A stretch of DNA of 64,000 nucleotides from NCBI RefSeq assembly GCF_009914755.1, contig NC_060926.1; one strand, written 5' to 3'. The stretch is from the human T2T-CHM13v2.0 reference genome, Homo sapiens. The position numbers and the translations under genes were made by a program. A model generated the notes under the pieces. The model had not been told where the DNA came from and searched no databases. It saw only the letters and a list, made by a program, of their open reading frames with translations. Each line of letters opens with the position of its first letter. Position 1 is the first letter of the stretch. Of this stretch, positions 47,720 to 63,133 are shown piece by piece.

Positions 47720-48590
47720 CACACCTAATGTGTGGGGTTTCCCCTCACGTTAAGCAGTTCTGACACTGACAACCTGTACTTAGCACAGTCCCCACAGGTT
47801 ATGGGTTCAGTCCCACAAGACTGCCCACCACTTCAGATACCAATTGCATGGCTTGGCCTCCTATACTTCTGACCAACTAGCTCCAAATTGGGGTGGTGGG
47901 GAGAATCCCATGACCCCCTCCTCAGGTTTGGTAATTTGCTCGAATGGCTCAGAAAACTTAGGGAACATTTTCTTACATTTCCTGATTTTTTATGAAGGAT
48001 ATTTCAAAGGATACGCACGAACAACCAAATGAAGAGATACATGGGCAAGGTATAGGGAAGGTGCACAGAGCTTCCATGTCCTCTCTGGGCCTGCCATCCT
48101 CCCAGCTTCTCCTGTGTTCACCAGATGTGAAGCTCTTCAAACTCTGTCTGTTAGGGTTTTTATGGAGGTGCCATTACATAGGCAATATTGATTAAATCAT
48201 TGGCCATTGGTGATTGGCTCAACCTGCAGTCCCTGTCCCCTCCCCAGAGATCAGGGGTTGGGGCTGGAAGTTCCAGCCCTCTAAACATATGGTTGTTCCC
48301 TTGGTAAACAGGCCCCCCATCCTAAGGGGCTTTCCAAAATTCACCTCATTAATGTAAACTCAAGTGCAATCAGAAGTGACTTGTTTTGAATAACAGACCC
48401 TCCTTGAACCTTTATCACTCGCTCTTGAACTGTTTCAAGAACCAAGTACAAAAACCAAATGTCATAATAAAAGATGCCCCTATTGCTGTTATCCCGTTTT
48501 CCTAAATGGAAATTACAAGAGTTTTAGTAGTTCTGGCCAGGAGCTAGGGTTAAGGCAAAATATGTATTTATTATATCACAGTATTACAAT
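47720..48590 (-). mobile_element. MER21-type LTR
   Basis: cagtcccacaagactgccc...gattaaatcattggccattggtgatt...tattatatcacagtattaca. Confidence 0.75.
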
Positions 48591-49900
48591 TTACAGGGTA
48601 TTTAAATGAATTATACAGTGATAATAGTAAAAGGATGCTACTGGGACAAGAGACTGATACATCAGTGAAAATACTTAAATACAGTGGGCACTTACTCTAT
48701 GATAAAGGTGCCATTTCAGATCCATTTGTAAAAAGATGGATTACTCAACAAATAATGCCAAGATGCTTTGCTAGCCATTTAGAGTATCGTGAGAATTTTA
48801 AGTTGTAGCCCTACTTTACTCCTGTCACCAAAATGCAAGTATAAAAGATCCAAGTATAAAAAAGAGATCATAAAAGTTCTGGTTTTCTGACTTTTCTAAT
48901 AAATTTGAGCAGAAGAAGGCTTTCAAGGTCTGACAAAATCTTGGAGTCATAAAGCCAAAGATTTGATAAATGTATATATTAAAATTAAAGTGTCTTCATG
49001 GTAGAAAATATCATAATGCAAAATCAATTTATAAATGAATAATGGGAAAACAATTTTAAAAAATTGAGAAACTGAGAAAAGGGGCTAATTTTCTTACTAT
49101 GCAAAGAGCTTTTTACAAATCAATGACAGCCTAAAAGGAAAACAAAGGACCTGAACAAAAAGCTTATAGTAAAAGAAATGCAAATGGCCATTAAAGATAT
49201 GAAGAAATACTTAACTGTCTTAATAAAGAATGTACTAAGCCACAAATTTTGTTTTACCTGTCACAATAGCACAGATGAAAAGATTTGATTATCCTTAGTA
49301 TTGTTGAGTACATGGGGAAACATTCATGTACTCTTATAAGACTATTATTAGAAGTGCAAATTTGTTGCAACATTTTTGAAAGTGTGGAACAATTGGATGA
49401 TATCTAACTAATGTTGAAATAAATATTCCCTTTTCACCCAGACTTCCATTTAAGGGAATAACAGATACACAGATAAAGTTGTACCTAGAAAAATAAAATG
49501 AAGCTACACATAAACGCACAAACAAATGTTCACTGCAGCATGCTTTGGAAGAATAAACTATTGGAAACAACCTAAATATTTAGTTAAATTTTGGTAAAGT
49601 AAATCAGTTTAATATAAAATGTTTGTAGATGCACAAAATCTTGCTTTGAACAAGTAGTTTTACTCTACTTGGCAGGAATTTTTCTATAAGAAAACTTGTT
49701 TAATATTGGTTATCACCAGAAAGTGGAACTAGGAGGTTCAGAGATAACCGGGAGAACTTTACTGTTCATATTAAATTTGTCTGCATTATTTGAATATTTT
49801 GCATGTTTAATTTTTAAAAGTCTGCAGTTCTAGGTATGAAAGAAATATTTAAAAATAAATGAAAAGCAGTAAATGATATTTTCATGTACTTTTATATATT
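48590..49900 (+). mobile_element. Degenerate L1ME ORF2 end and 3' UTR
   Basis: gaaatgcaaatggcc, caaatgttcactgcagcat, ttggaaacaacctaaat. Confidence 0.6.
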
Positions 49901-50037
49901 CGGGGAGAATTTTGCAAATGTTATGAGTAAAATTAATTCCATTATCAGAAGTAAATAACTACTTCAACTTATTTGACCTTTACTCTTAACAAAGTGCCAT
50001 GAGATGATGGTGATTATCAAATCCTGTTGTTTTATAA

Positions 50038-50551
<514 letters not shown>

Positions 50552-50589
50552 TAATGAATTCTAGATAGGCCTTCAAATTTTTGCTTTAT

Positions 50590-51850
50590 TCTGTTGCCAA
50601 GGTATCCTTCCTGAAATACAGCCATAATTATGTTACTCGCCTGTTCAAAATGGTATACTGGCTCTTCATTTCTTTTAAGAATAAAATTTAAAGTCCTTGG
50701 CCTAGTGTTCCAGGCCCTGTAGAATTTGGCCCCAAATAACCTTTGCTACCTTACTTTCCTCTGCTTTATAAATGAAATAAGCCATACATACTGAATATTT
50801 GCACTCTCCCTTATTGCCTCAGTTCTTTCCTACTTTTATGCTTTTGCTCATGCTATTTGATGAAGCAGGGGAAAGGCCAGCACAACTATAGTATAGTTAT
50901 CAGGAAGAGTGGTACAAAATGAGGAAGAAAAGTTATGTATACTTGTACTTCTTGTTAAGGAGTTTGGGCTTTGTTCTTAGTGTAAGAGAAGGTCATTGAA
51001 AATTGCTAAATAGAAAATGACAAGTCCAGCTTACATTTTAAAAAGACTACTTTGACCACTATTTGACAAATAGATTGGAAAGGTACAAGAAGGGACAGGA
51101 GACCTATTAGAGACTTGCAGTATTGTGACAGGAAATAGAAATAGATGTGTGATTGTTTGGTGAAGGATTAATGACAGGAACAGGAAGAGGAGGGAGTTGG
51201 AACTATCAAGAATAACTCCCAGATTTTGGCTTGGGCAGTAGGATGATGTGCCATTCACAGAGATGTGGAAGACTAGGGAAGGTACAGTTGTCAAGGAGGC
51301 TAGAATAGAGCTCAGTTAGATGGCTGTGACATCCAAGTGGATATATCATGTATATAGTTGGAACTCAAGAAAAATCGTAGCTTGAAATGCAAATTTGAAA
51401 ATAAGTAACAGCATGGAAATGGTACTAAAAGCCACAGGGAGAGATGAGATTACCTAGAAAGAGAATATAGACTGAGAACATTTCCTGGAAATTGGCCATA
51501 CATTGAGGTCATTGATCATATTAGCAAGAGCACTTTTAGTCCAGAAGTATGGCTGTACTCTGCAGTAATTTGAAGAGGGAATTGGGGTAGGGAGAGAGGT
51601 AAAGGAGAGGAAAATAGGTTCCTCTTTAGAAGCTTGGCTATGAAGAGGAGCAGAGAAGTGGGCCAGTACCTGGAGGAAGATGTGAGGATTTTCTAAACAT
51701 ACATACTAAATGATGTTTTCAAGCCAATGGAAATGACCCTGAAAGATAGAAGAGAGATATGATAGGGAAAGGAAGCAAGGTCTGGAAGGGAAGATGAGTT
51801 GGGTTCCAGAGCAGCATTGGAGGAACTTGCCTTTAAAAGAATGGGAGAGG
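50590..51850. mobile_element. L2 fragments (sense ~50590-50860, antisense ~50870-51850)
   Basis: agaataaaatttaaagtccttggcctag; aagaataactcccagattttggcttgggc, gtgccattcacagagatg. Confidence 0.65.
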
Positions 51851-52437
51851 TGGTGTTGTCTCTGTATCCAGAAAGGTTATGGGAGCAGGTGGATTGGCAT
51901 AGGTGGCAGCTGCCTCAGGACATCCACAGAAAGTGATCCCTCAGCCCAGAATGTTCTTCTTCCTGTTTGTTTGTTTAGCTCTCATTTTTACTTCACATCT
52001 CATCCTCCTCAGAGAATTCTTCTCTAGCTACCATTTCCCAGTAAAATTTCTCTTATATCAGCTTGTTTTTGTTCTTTGTAGCCCCTAATTTAGAATTATA
52101 TATTTGTTTGCATTTGTTCAGTGCAGAAGCTGCAATCTCAAGAACCTGTAGAATCTAAATGAAATCTCCCAATTTTTAAATGTTGCTAGATAATTCTAAA
52201 ATTGTATAGTCTACATACTTTAGGTATAAATGCAGGCCCTGTGTGTCCCACTCTACTCTGGGGAAGTCCGTAGGGATTCCTAGAGTATTTCATGAAAACT
52301 CTGCTTGCCAGTAATCTATAGTGTGGGTGAAAAGGATCCCATCATTGCATGTGTGTATCTTTGTTTCTGCCCATGATGTAGAACTCTAAAACAGTGTTTT
52401 GATGTCATATCAGAGATTAGAATTAGGGTTTATGATT

Positions 52438-52732
52438 GTGTCTTAGCTCATTCCTGCTGCTGTAACAAAATTCTGCAGATCTAAGATCAAGGCACCAGCA
52501 GATTGGGTGTCTGGTGAGAGCCCAGTCTCTGCTTCCAAAATGGTGTCTTGTTGCTTTGTCCTCACGTGGTGGAAGGCAGGGAAAGGCCAAACAGGAGCCT
52601 TCAGGCCAAAGGGCACTAATCCCATTCATGAAGGTGGAGCCTTCATGACCTAATCACCTCCTACCTAATACTATTATATTGGGGATTATGTTTCAACATG
52701 AATCTTAGAGGGACGCAAACATTCAAACCATA
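52438..52732 (-). mobile_element. MaLR LTR (MLT1A/MSTD-like), internally deleted
   Basis: tgtcttagctcattcctgctgctgtaacaaa ... caaacattcaaaccatag. Confidence 0.7.
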
Positions 52733-53069
52733 GAAAATTGTAAGATATTACATCTAAAAATGTCAAAAAATGAAGATAGAAAGTGGTAAATTTTATGTGT
52801 TTTTTACCACAATAAAAAAAAATTTGGAAAAAAAGTCAAGATGGTCCACAGAAAAGGAATTTCAAAGGGCTCTAAAACATGTAAAAAGGGTTTTTTAAAA
52901 AATTTATCCATTTAATTACTGACTATGAGAATGAAGTGTCAGGTTTCTTAGCTGAATATGGGGTTACCAATATCTGTCAGGTTTAATAGCAGGATTAATT
53001 AAAAAAAAAACAGATGCAGAGCATATGTCATAACACCCTACACAGAACAGGTGGTAAATACATATAGCA

Positions 53070-53180
53070 GTTGCTTTTATGATCTGGAGAACTGAAGTGC
53101 CTTCCTCCAGGTCACGTAGCCGGTCAGTGGCAGAGCCCAGGCCAAAATTCATGTCTCTTAAACTTTTACTGTACCAGCGA
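53070..53180. mobile_element. MIR fragment
   Basis: gagaactgaag...caggtcacgtagccggtcagtggcagagcc core. Confidence 0.55.
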
Positions 53181-53353
53181 GGCTACTAAGAACAAGGCAT
53201 CAGTCTTTTGTGCAGGCAGTGAATTTTCTGATACCTTATATAAACTATTCTTTCCTTTAGTCTTTGTTCTGTATCTAAAGAATTGTGAATAGTATTTCTA
53301 AACAGAATGCTAATTTTTTAAGTTCTTTCAAAATCTTTTTTTCTCCTTTTCAG

Positions 53354-54516
53354 AGTCCGAATGTCATTCAGAATTTGAAAATACTACCCGTTCTGTCTTC
53401 AGGTCAGCAAAGTTTTACATTCATCATCCCGTACACCTACCAAGTGATCAAGATATTTGCCATGAATCTTTGGGAAAGAGTGTTTTCATGAGACATTCTT
53501 GGAAAGATTTCTTTCAGCATCATCCAGACAAACATAGAGAACACATGTGTCTTCCTCTTCCTTATCAAAACATGGACAAGACTAAGACAGATTATACCAG
53601 AATAAAGAGCCTCAGCATCAATGTGAATTTGGGAAACAAAGAAGTGATGGATACTACTAAAAGTCAAGTTAGAGATTATCCAAAACATAATGGACAAATT
53701 AGTGATCCACAAAGGGATCAGAAGGTCACCCCAGAGCAAACAACTCAGCACACTGTGAGTTTGAATGAACTGTGGAACAAGTATCGGGAGCGACAGAGGC
53801 AACAGAGACAGCCTGAGTTGGGTGACAGGAAAGAACTGTCCTTGGTGGACCGACTTGATCGTTTGGCTAAAATTCTTCAGAATCCAATCACACATTCTCT
53901 CCAGGTCTCAGAAAGTACACATGATGATAGCAGAGGGGAACGAAGTGTGAAGGAATGGAGTGGTAGACAACAGCAGAGAAATAAGCTTCAGAAAAAGAAG
54001 CGGTTTAAAAGCCTAGAGAAAAGCCATAAAAATACAGGCGAGCTTAAAAAAAGCAAGGTGCTTTCTCATCATCGAGCTGGGAGGTCTAATCAAATTAAAA
54101 TTGAACAGATTAAATTTGATAAATATATTCTGAGTAAACAGCCAGGTTTTAATTATATAAGCAACACTTCTTCGGATTGTCGGCCCTCAGAGGAGAGTGA
54201 GCTGCTCACAGATACTACCACCAACATCCTTTCCGGCACCACTTCTACTGTCGAATCAGATATATTGACCCAAACAGATAGAGAGGTGGCTCTGCACGAA
54301 AGGAGTAGCTCTGTTTCCACTATTGACACTGCCCGGCTGATTCAAGCTTTTGGCCATGAAAGAGTATGCTTGTCACCCAGACGAATTAAATTATATAGCA
54401 GCATCACCAACCAACAGAGGAGATACCTTGAGAAGCGGAGCAAACACAGCAAGAAAGTGCTGAATACAGGTCATCCCCTAGTGACTTCTGAGCACACCAG
54501 AAGGAGACACATCCAG
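53354..54516 (+). CDS. ALMS1: ALMS1 large coding exon (exon 16), 1163 nt, phase 1 to phase 0; ESECHSEFENTTRSVFRSAKFYIHHP...EHTRRRHIQ; His-rich start, basic NLS-like stretch near the end
   Basis: Acceptor tttttttctccttttcag|; donor CCAG|gtacat; contains most of ORF 53470..54549 in the same frame. Confidence 0.96.
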
Positions 54517-55411
54517 GTACATGGCTACAGATTCCATCTGGCAATGTGACTGCCCTCTTCATGGACTTTTTAGTTAAGCTTTGCACACAGGTGAAAAAAA
54601 CAAGCCATTTGCCCTTTCCTCTCTATACCATTTCTTACCAACTGGAAAAGAGTGAGAAAGTGTAGTACAGTGCTATTGTGAGTTGTCATTATTTTCATCA
54701 ACATTCATTTACGAATTACCTTTTGAATGAAGGGCTTTGCTGCTAGATCCTTCACAGTCTGCAAAGTTTACCCCTGAAATGGGGGAGCTTTGAGGTTAGA
54801 ATGATCTCTATCCTGAACAATATTGCTGGGTTTATGTTTATTTGGGTTTTTTTTTTTTAATTCATTCCTCTCTGTCTTTCAGGAAATATATTTGAGGTTC
54901 TTTTAAACACACACACACAGACAAACACATAAATAATACAGGGTTTTTTTTTTGTAATTGAAGAATGGAGTTGATTTGAAAAATTGAAGCTGGGGTGAGC
55001 TACAATATGATTTTTTAAAAATGAGTAAATAAGGAATTGTGAATAATGGAAAGACAAGTCAAAGCCAGGAGGAAGATAAATAAGCCTTGTGGATGTGGTC
55101 GCTAGAAAAGAGCTACAAATTTGGCTTTATGTTTTCTAGCACTTAGTGTTGCTAGAATTTTGTGATCAATAACATTCACTTTTTAATATAAAAAGAGAAC
55201 AAAATTTTTAGAAACATTACAGATTTCTGATAAGAGACCTAAAATAAATTTCTCTCATCTGTCTTCTTAAAGAAGGCACCACAGTGCAACAAAGAGTATC
55301 CTCCTATAAGGCCATTATCACATTCCTTAGTTTAGGGTGTTAATAAGGGAGATCTCAAGGGGTCAATAAATGTAGGCCATTGCTTTAACCCAAGAGGAAA
55401 ATTTCAAGTAT

Positions 55412-55645
55412 CACTAGACATGCTCTCCAAAGAAGGATGCTTGCAAAATGGTTCAGTGGAGTATGGAACGAAAAATATTTGAATTTATATTCATTTTCCC
55501 CAACTTTTTAAAATTTATATTTTTGTGTATATTTTATGAGTACAGTAGTGACATAACATATAAATAAATATCTATTTTGACAACTTGTGCTAAAAAAATT
55601 TTTGTCAGATTACATGATCAAAAGAAATTGGAGACCACTGGTCTA
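55412..55645. mobile_element. hAT-Charlie-type MITE
   Basis: actagacatgctctccaaag ... aaattggagaccactggtctag inverted ends. Confidence 0.45.
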
Positions 55646-57696
55646 GAGAAAGGGAGGCATGAGATGTTCAGACAATTTATTATAAATATTATTTCTCCTC
55701 ATTGAGCTTTTGGCAGTGTTTACATATATAAATAATAGAGTATGCTTTTTTTCTAAAGTAAGTGAAGAATTGGGAATGGTACAGAGTAAGGCTTTTGTTC
55801 CATAGGGGAGATAGATAAATGGATCCAGGAGAGGGTTTGTGTGTGTGTAGTAAAATACACATGACATAAAGTTTACAGTTTTGATCATTTTCAAGTATAC
55901 AATTCTGTGGCATTGAGTATATTCACAGTGTTTTACAACCATCACCACTATCTATTTCCAGAAATTTTTAATTAACCCAGTGGAAACCCTGTACCCATTA
56001 AGCAGTGACTCTCTGTTCCCTCTTCTCACCAGCCCCCGGCAACCAGTAATCTATTTTCTGTCTCTGAGGATTTTCCTATTCTGGTTGTTTCATATAAATG
56101 GAATCATTTAATATATGACCTTGGTATCAGGCTTCTCTCTCTTAGACACAGTGTTTTGAATATTCATCCATGACATAACATGTATCAATACTTCGTTGCT
56201 TTTTATAGCTGAGTATTATTCCGTTGCATGTATATACCACATTTTGTTTATCCATTCATTTATTGATTTGGGTTGTTTCCACTTTTTGGTTATTGTGAAT
56301 AGAATTGATATAGAACGTTTGTGTACACCTGTCTGCAATTCTTTTGGGTATATATCTAGGAATGGAAATGCTGGGCCATATGGTAATTCTGTGGATTAGC
56401 TTATTGAGGAACTGCCAGACTATTCCATAGTACCTGCACTATTTTGCATTCCCATCAGCAGTGTATAAGGGTTCCTCCAACCCTCCTCCTTTTTTCCACA
56501 GCGACTGCTTTAGTTTATATTCGCACCAGCAGTTCACAAGGGTTTCAATTTTATTGCATCCTTGCCAACACTTATTTTCCATTTTTTAATATATAAACTA
56601 ACCATCCTGTTGGGTGTGAGTTAGTATCATTGTGGTTTTGATTTGCATTTCCCTAGTGATTATTCATGTTGCACATCTTTTTATGTGCTTATTTAACCAT
56701 TTGTATATCTTCTTTTGAAAAATGTCTTTTCAAGTCATTTGGCCATTTTAAATCTGGCTGTTTGATTTTTTGGTTTTTGAGTTGTTGGGATTTTCTATAT
56801 ATTCTGGATATTGATCTCTTGTTAGATACATGATCTGCAAATATTTTCTCCCATTTTGTAGGTTGCCTCTTTCACAGTCACTCTGCTGACCGTGTCTTCT
56901 GACATATAGAAGTTTTAAATTTTGATGTAGTCCAATTTAGCTATTTTTTTTTTGTTTTTTGTGCTTTTGGTGTCATATCTTAGAAATATTTGCCAAATCC
57001 AGTGTCGTGAAAGTTTTCTTCTTAAGAGTTTAATAATTTTAGCTTTTACTTTTAGGTCTTTGATCCATTTTGAGTTAATTTTTGTGTATGGTGTAAGATA
57101 AGGGTCCACCTTCATTCTTCTGCATGTGAATATCCCGTTTTCTCAACATCGTTTGTTGAAAAGACTTTTTTTCCCCATTGAATGTTCTTGGCACTCTTGC
57201 CAAAAATCGTTTAGCCATATACGTGAGGGTTTTTATCTGGGCTCTCTATTCTGTTAGTCTATATATCTCTCTTTATGCCACTACTGCACTGTTTTGATTT
57301 ACTGTGTATTTAAAATGAGTTTTGAAAGCAGGTAGTGTGAAACCTGTAACTTAGTTCTTTTTTCAAAATTATTTTGGCTGTTTGGTTTCCCTTGAGATTT
57401 CATGAATTTTAGTAAATATTTTATTGTTTTTAATACTACCATATGTGCAATTTCTTTCTTAATTTCATTTTTGGATTATTCATTGCTAATGTATAGGTAC
57501 ATAAATAATTTTTACATACTGATCTTGTATCTTGCAGCTTTGCTGAATTTATTAACTCTTTTTTTGTGTGGATTTTTAAGGATCTCTAGGATTTCATGTT
57601 GAGGAAGTTCCCTTCTTTTTCTATTTTGATGAGTGTTTTTGTCATCAAAGCATTTTGGTGTTTGCCAAATTCTTCAGCATCTATTGAGATTACTAG

Positions 57697-58013
<317 letters not shown>

Positions 58014-60152
58014 TGTTTTTTTCTTTTATTCTGTTAATATGGTGTATATTTATTGATAATCATATTTTGAACCAACTTTACATTCCTGAGATAAATACCA
58101 CTTGATCATAAAATTCTGTTCATATGCTGCTGGATTCAGTTTATTAGAATTTGAAGAGGACTTTTTACATCTATATTCACAAGGAATATTTGTCTATAGT
58201 TTCTTTGTGATATCTTTACTGCCTTTATATCAGGGTACTACTGGCCTTATAGAATGAGAAAGTTTTCCCACCTCTTGGTTTTTGATAATGAGTTTGAGAA
58301 GGATTAATGTTAATGATTGACGTTAATTCTTTAAATGTTGGTAGAATTCACCAGTAAAGCCATCTGGCCCTGTGTTTTTCTTTGGGGAAATTTTTTTTCA
58401 TTACTGATTCAATGTCTTTTAAGTCTATTTAGATTTTGTTTCTTCTTGAGTCAGTTTCTGTAGTTTGTGTTTCTAGAAATTTGTTTATCTTTTTTTTTAA
58501 AGTCTGTTTCATTTATCTCCATTGAATCTACATTATTCTGCTTGCTTTGGATTTAGTATGTTTTTTTTTCTTCTCATTTCTTATGATTCAAAGTTAGGTT
58601 ATTCATTTGGGATTATTCTTTAATGTAGGCATTTGTAGCTATAAATGTCTCTTTAAGCCTTGCTTTTGTAGATAAGTTCTGCCTTCATTGCTTGCCATAA
58701 GTTTTGGTATGTTTGTCTTCTTTTTCATTCAAAATGTTTGCTGATTTCTTCTTTGACCATTGACTGTTTAGGACAGTGTTGTTTAATTTCTACTTGTGAA
58801 TTCCCCACCTTTCTTTGTTATTGATTTCTGGTTTTACTCCATTGTGATCAGAGAATATATTTTGTATTATTTCAATCCTTCATTTATGACCTTGCATATG
58901 ATCTGTCCTTGAGAATTTTATGTGCATTTAAGACGAATGTGTATTCTGTTGCTGTTTGGAGTGTTCTCTATTGTGTTAGGTCTAGCTGGTTTATAATGTT
59001 GTTCAAGTCCTCTATTTCCTTATCAGTCTTTTGTCCAGTTTTTCTATGGCTATCAGAAGTGGATTATTGAAGTCTCCAGCTATTACTGTGGAACTATCTA
59101 TTTCTCCATTGAAATCTGTCAGTTTTTTGCTTCATATATTTTAGGGCTCTGTTGTCAGTTGTGTGTATGTTCATAATTGTTATATCCTCTTCATGGATTG
59201 ATCCTTTTATCAGTACAAAATCCTCTTTTTGTCTCTTGTAACAATTTTTAATGTAAAGTCTGTTTTGTCTGATATTAGGGTAACTACCCCAGCTCTCTTT
59301 TGGGTAACTATTTGCATGGAATACCTTTTTTATCCTTTTAATTTCTAACTCTTTGTGTCTTTGGATGTAAAGTAAGTCTCTTTTAGACATAACATAGATG
59401 GTCATTTTTTATAAGCTATTCTGCCCTCTCTGCCTTTTAATTGGCGAGTATAATCCATTTACATTTAATTTCATAAGAAAGGACTTACTTTCCCCGTGCT
59501 GTTTGCTTTCTTTATGTCATATCTTTTTTGTTTTTCATTTCTACTGCCTTCTTTGTATCTAATTGATTTTTTGTAGTGTACCAGTTTTATTCCCTTTTCA
59601 TTTTTTTTTTAACATTTCATAGTTATTTTCTTACGGGTTACATTGAGGATTACAATTAATATCTTAAACATGTAACAGCCTGATATGAAATAAAACCAAC
59701 TTAGCTTCAATAATATACAAACACTGTTGTTAATACATCTCTATTCTTCCCCTTAACTTTAATAATACACAAAAACTGTGGGTAGACATCTCCATCCCTT
59801 CCTCTTTAATTGTTATAGTCACAGATTACATCTTCATTTTGTCCCCACTAAAATAGATTTATAATTATTTTATGCATTCGTTTTTTAAATCAGATAAGGG
59901 AAAAGGGAAGAGTTACAAACCAGAAGTATAATAGGGACTTTATTTTTACCTATGTAATTGTCTTACCCTTATTTCTTATGCCTTATTTCTATGTATATGC
60001 CTTAAGCCTTATTTCTATGTATACTTCAAGGTATTGTCAAATGTCCTTTCATTTCACCTTGGAGTACTCTCTTTATCATTCCTTATAGGGAAGGTCTACT
60101 TGTAACAAATTTACTTTTGTTTATCTGGGAATGTCTTTAATTTCTCCTTTAT

Positions 60153-60716
60153 TCTTTTTTTATTTATTTTTTTTTTTGAGACGGAGTCGTCCTGGGCTGT
60201 AGTGCAATGGCACAATCTAAGCTCACTGCAACCTCCACCTCCCGGGTTCCAGCAGTTCTCCTGCCTCGACCTCCCAAGTAGCTGAGATTACAGGTGCCTG
60301 CCACCATGCCTGGGTAATTTTTGTGTTTTTAGTAGAGATGGGGTTTCACCATGTTGGCCAGGCTGGTCTTAAACTCACGACCTCAGGTGATCCACCTGCC
60401 TTGACCTCCCAAAGTGCTGGGATTACAGGCATGAGCCACTGTACCTGGCCTTCTTTTTTTTTTCTTTTTAAGATGGAGTCTCACTCTGTCGCCCAGGCTG
60501 GAGTACAGTGGCGTGATCTTGGCTCACTGCAACCTCCACCTCCCGGGTTCAAGTGATTCTTCTGCCTCAGCCTCCTGAGTAGCTGGGATTACAGGTGCAC
60601 ACCACCACACCCAGCTAATTTTTGTATTTTAGTAGAGACGTGGTTTCACCGTGTTGGCCAGGCTGGTCTTGAACTCCTGACCTCAGGTGAGCCACCCACC
60701 TCGGCCTCCCAAAGTC
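60153..60716 (-). mobile_element. Two head-to-tail AluS elements (60153-60450, 60451-60716) inside one outer TSD tctcctttattctt
   Basis: Both reverse dimers are visible; outer direct repeat at ~60143 and ~60716. Confidence 0.88.
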
Positions 60717-61182
60717 TCCTTTATTCTTAAAGTTTTGCTGGAGGTAGATTTCTTGTCTTACACTTTTTATCTTTCATCATTTCAAATATGTCATTTCACT
60801 GCCTATTGTCTTCCATGGTTTCTGGTGAGAAATTAGCAATTAATTTTACCGAGGATCCCTTCTGTGCTCGCCCTTATTCTTACTGCTTTCAAGATTCTCT
60901 GTCTTTGGCTTTGACATTTTCATTATAACATGTCTCAGTGTGGCTCTCTTTCAGTTTATCCTACTAAGAGTTCATTGAGCTACTTCGATGTTTAGATTAA
61001 TGTTTTCCCCTTATCAAGTTGGAGGAGTTTCCAACCATTATTTCTCCAAATATTCCTTCTGCCCCTTTCTTTCTCTCTTCTTTTGGGATTCCTAATATGC
61101 ATCTGTTGGTAAGTTTGATGGTATCCTACAAGTCTCTTAAGCTCTGTTCATTTTTCTTCATTCTGTTTTCTTTCATTTTCTA

Positions 61183-61330
61183 TTTTTTTAGAGTAGGGTT
61201 TCACACTATCCCAGACTGGAGTACAGTGATGTAATCATAGCTCACTGCGGCGTCGAACTCTGGGCTCAAGAAATCTTTCTGCCTCAGCTTTCCGAGTAGC
61301 TGGGACTACAAGGCATGCACCACCACACTC
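61183..61330 (-). mobile_element. Alu monomer (FLAM/AluJ half)
   Basis: atcatagctcactgcggcgtcgaactctgggctcaag. Confidence 0.75.
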
Positions 61331-62836
61331 ATCTCATTCTGTTTTCTTTCTGTCCCTCAGAGTACGTAATTTCATTTCACCTATCTTCACCTATCTTCAA
61401 GTTCACTGATCTTTCATCTGTGTGATCAAATCTGGTATTGGACTGCTCTAGTGAATTTTTCATTTTAGCTCTTGTACTTTTCAGCTTCATATTTTCTATT
61501 TGATTCCTCTTTGTCTTCATTGATATTCTCTTTGTTGAGACATTGTTCTCATTTCCTTTAGTTCTTTATCCATGGTTTCCTTTAGCTCTTTGAGCACATT
61601 TAAAACAGTTGATTTAAAGCTTTTGCCTAGTAAGTCTACTGTGTGTTCTTCCTAAGGGACAATTTCTATTTATTTCTCTCCTCTAACCCATGAATGGGCC
61701 ATACTTTCTTGTTTCTTTTCATGCCTCATAATGTTATGTTAAAATTTTGACATTTTGAATATTATGATGTGATAACTCTGGACATCAGATTTTCCTCCCC
61801 TTCTCTAGGGTTTGTAGTTACTGCTTGTTGTAAGTTAAAGTTGTTGGTTTATTTAGTGACTTTTCTAAATTATGTTTGTAACGACTGTACTCTTTGTTGT
61901 TGTGTGATATTTCTGTTCCTTTAGCTTAGTAGCTGGCTACTTGTTTGATAGAGATTTTCTTAAATGCCTGGGGCCGAAAAAAGCAAAAGAAAAAAGAAAA
62001 TTCCCCAAGTCTTTGCAGATTTTCTGCATTCGGACACTCCTTCAATGCTTAGCCAGGCCATTCACAACTCTCTGCCTTAGCCTTGCTTCCTACTTGTACT
62101 GAGCCTAAAGGTCAACCAGTGGTGAAAGTGTCTGGTCTTCTCAGGTCTTTTCTGAACATGCATCTTGCTCTGTGCATGCACTTTCTAGTTTCCCTGGTAT
62201 ACATGGGAAATTTTCCAAGCCCTTATGCCCCAAAGATTCTCAGTTTTTCTTTCCTGCTTTTAGTATGTCTATTGTTTCCCTTGAACTGTTAATTTTTGCT
62301 CCAGGCAGTAGTGCCTTGTTCATTTGGTTTTCAGTATTTTCAAGGAACATTCTTCCCCTATAAAACTACTTTTTCACTCTAAGAGAGTTATGTTAGGTGA
62401 AACTAAGGCAGGTCCCTTGTGTCAGTCCACGGCTAATACTCAGACATGTCAAAACAAACACAATTCCTTGGGAACAAGGTACTACTCCGTGCTGTCTTTG
62501 GGAGCAGGTACCTACATCAGGACCAAGGGCTGCCGTCTTTAAGACCACCATGCTGGGTAAGGGGATAGCAGAAGGCTAAGTTAAAATGCTACAAAGTTCT
62601 TCTACCTTGTGCTGATGGCCTTTCTCCTGGTTTAGCAAACACTTGGTTACTATAAACCTTTGACTATCTTCCAAAGTTCAGATAAGGTTGGCTTTGACAG
62701 TTTTCCGTATTTTTTGGTGTTTCTAGAGAAGGCACTTTCTCCCTTGGAGGTCTCTACTCTACCATTTTTGCTTGTCGTTCCCAGGTGGAGTTGTGTGTCC
62801 CTCTGACCATCAAAATAACTAGAGTGACATCAATTA

Positions 62837-63133
<297 letters not shown>

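Noticed and set aside
53470-54549. 359-aa ORF as a stand-alone gene
   Set aside because: It starts at a TTG inside ALMS1 exon 16; the frame begins upstream at the 53354 acceptor.
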